Below the pieces are notes generated by a model. It was not told where the DNA came from. It made no database searches and saw only the letters and a list, made by a program, of their open reading frames with translations. Shown piece after piece: positions 63,569 through 64,000 of a stretch of DNA of 64,000 nt. This DNA comes from Cyanophyceae cyanobacterium. Lineage in GTDB: Bacteria > Cyanobacteriota > Cyanobacteriia > Cyanobacteriales > Laspinemataceae. The DNA lies in assembly GCA_038321985.1 (NCBI GenBank), contig JBBQFN010000024.1, positions 1 to 64,000 on the forward strand, read 5' to 3'. The translations under genes were made by a program, and so were the position numbers. Within the stretch, counting starts at the first letter, position 1. Every line of letters begins with the position of its first letter.

Positions 63569-64000
63569 ATGAAAGCACTGCAAGTCCTATCCGGCGTTTT
63601 AGTTAGCTTCACTCTATCCAGTAGCAGCGGATTGCTGCCACCGGGGATAGGGACCCGCCTCCCTGAATTCGGTGATACCTTTGAGGAAGCCGGTTGGAGT
63701 TATAACTTCAATAACCCTAAACTCTACAATCAATATCACAACCCCGGTTCGGGTTTGGTGGAAGTGATTCCGGCGCGTAACCCCCCCACTGGCGTCTCTG
63801 CTAATGGCCGATGGATTGAGGGACCGACTCGGGGACATCCAGATGTTGTGGAACAAGTCAGGACCCCCTCTGGAGGAGTACCCGGGAGTCTATCTTCCTT
63901 ACGTCTACAGACTACAAATTCGGGCACTCCCAATCTCACGACAGGGACGATTCAGCAAGATGATTTACTAAATATTATTCCCGGAAAAACGAATGGGGAT
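63569..64000 (+). CDS. Putative secreted protein, runs off the window (not in ORF track)
   Basis: 144 open codons from ATG 63569: MKALQVLSGVLVSFTLSSS...GDTFEEAGWSY...NGRWIEGPTRGHPD...QQDDLL. Confidence 0.7.
   Translation, partial: MKALQVLSGVLVSFTLSSSSGLLPPGIGTRLPEFGDTFEEAGWSYNFNNPKLYNQYHNPGSGLVEVIPARNPPTGVSANGRWIEGPTRGHPDVVEQVRTPSGGVPGSLSSLRLQTTNSGTPNLTTGTIQQDDLLNIIPGKTNGD

Overview
Chromosomal window of a filamentous cyanobacterium (psaD, gap1, a Cph1-type phytochrome, dense HIP1 GCGATCGC octamers; an Oscillatoriales-like host is my inference). Left arm: an Rpn-family gene followed by a stand-alone copy of its C-terminal tail, a decayed HicB-like/VapC pair, a fermentation cluster (acetate-CoA ligase/GNAT, pflA, pflB, gap1), sensor kinases, a DhaM-like multidomain PTS protein and a pyrF-pyrE fusion. 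The main accessory system is a dispersed DNA phosphorothioation (PT) locus. It has dndB-[SBD-like/HNH nuclease]-dndC-dndD-dndE, a divergent second DGQHR protein, an internally duplicated PT-associated methyltransferase and dnd-associated protein 4. About 22 kb further on is a helicase/small protein/SMC-ATPase operon resembling PbeABC but with no nuclease domain I can see. Best novelty candidates: (i) a putative PT-reading HNH nuclease translationally coupled inside the PT-writing operon; (ii) the split Pbe-like effector; (iii) a 59-aa RHH gene missed by the ORF track, divergent from a DUF3102-like coiled-coil gene, with an exactly 10-bp-phased CAATT array abutting that gene's ATG. All family assignments come from motif recognition by eye; no searches were run.
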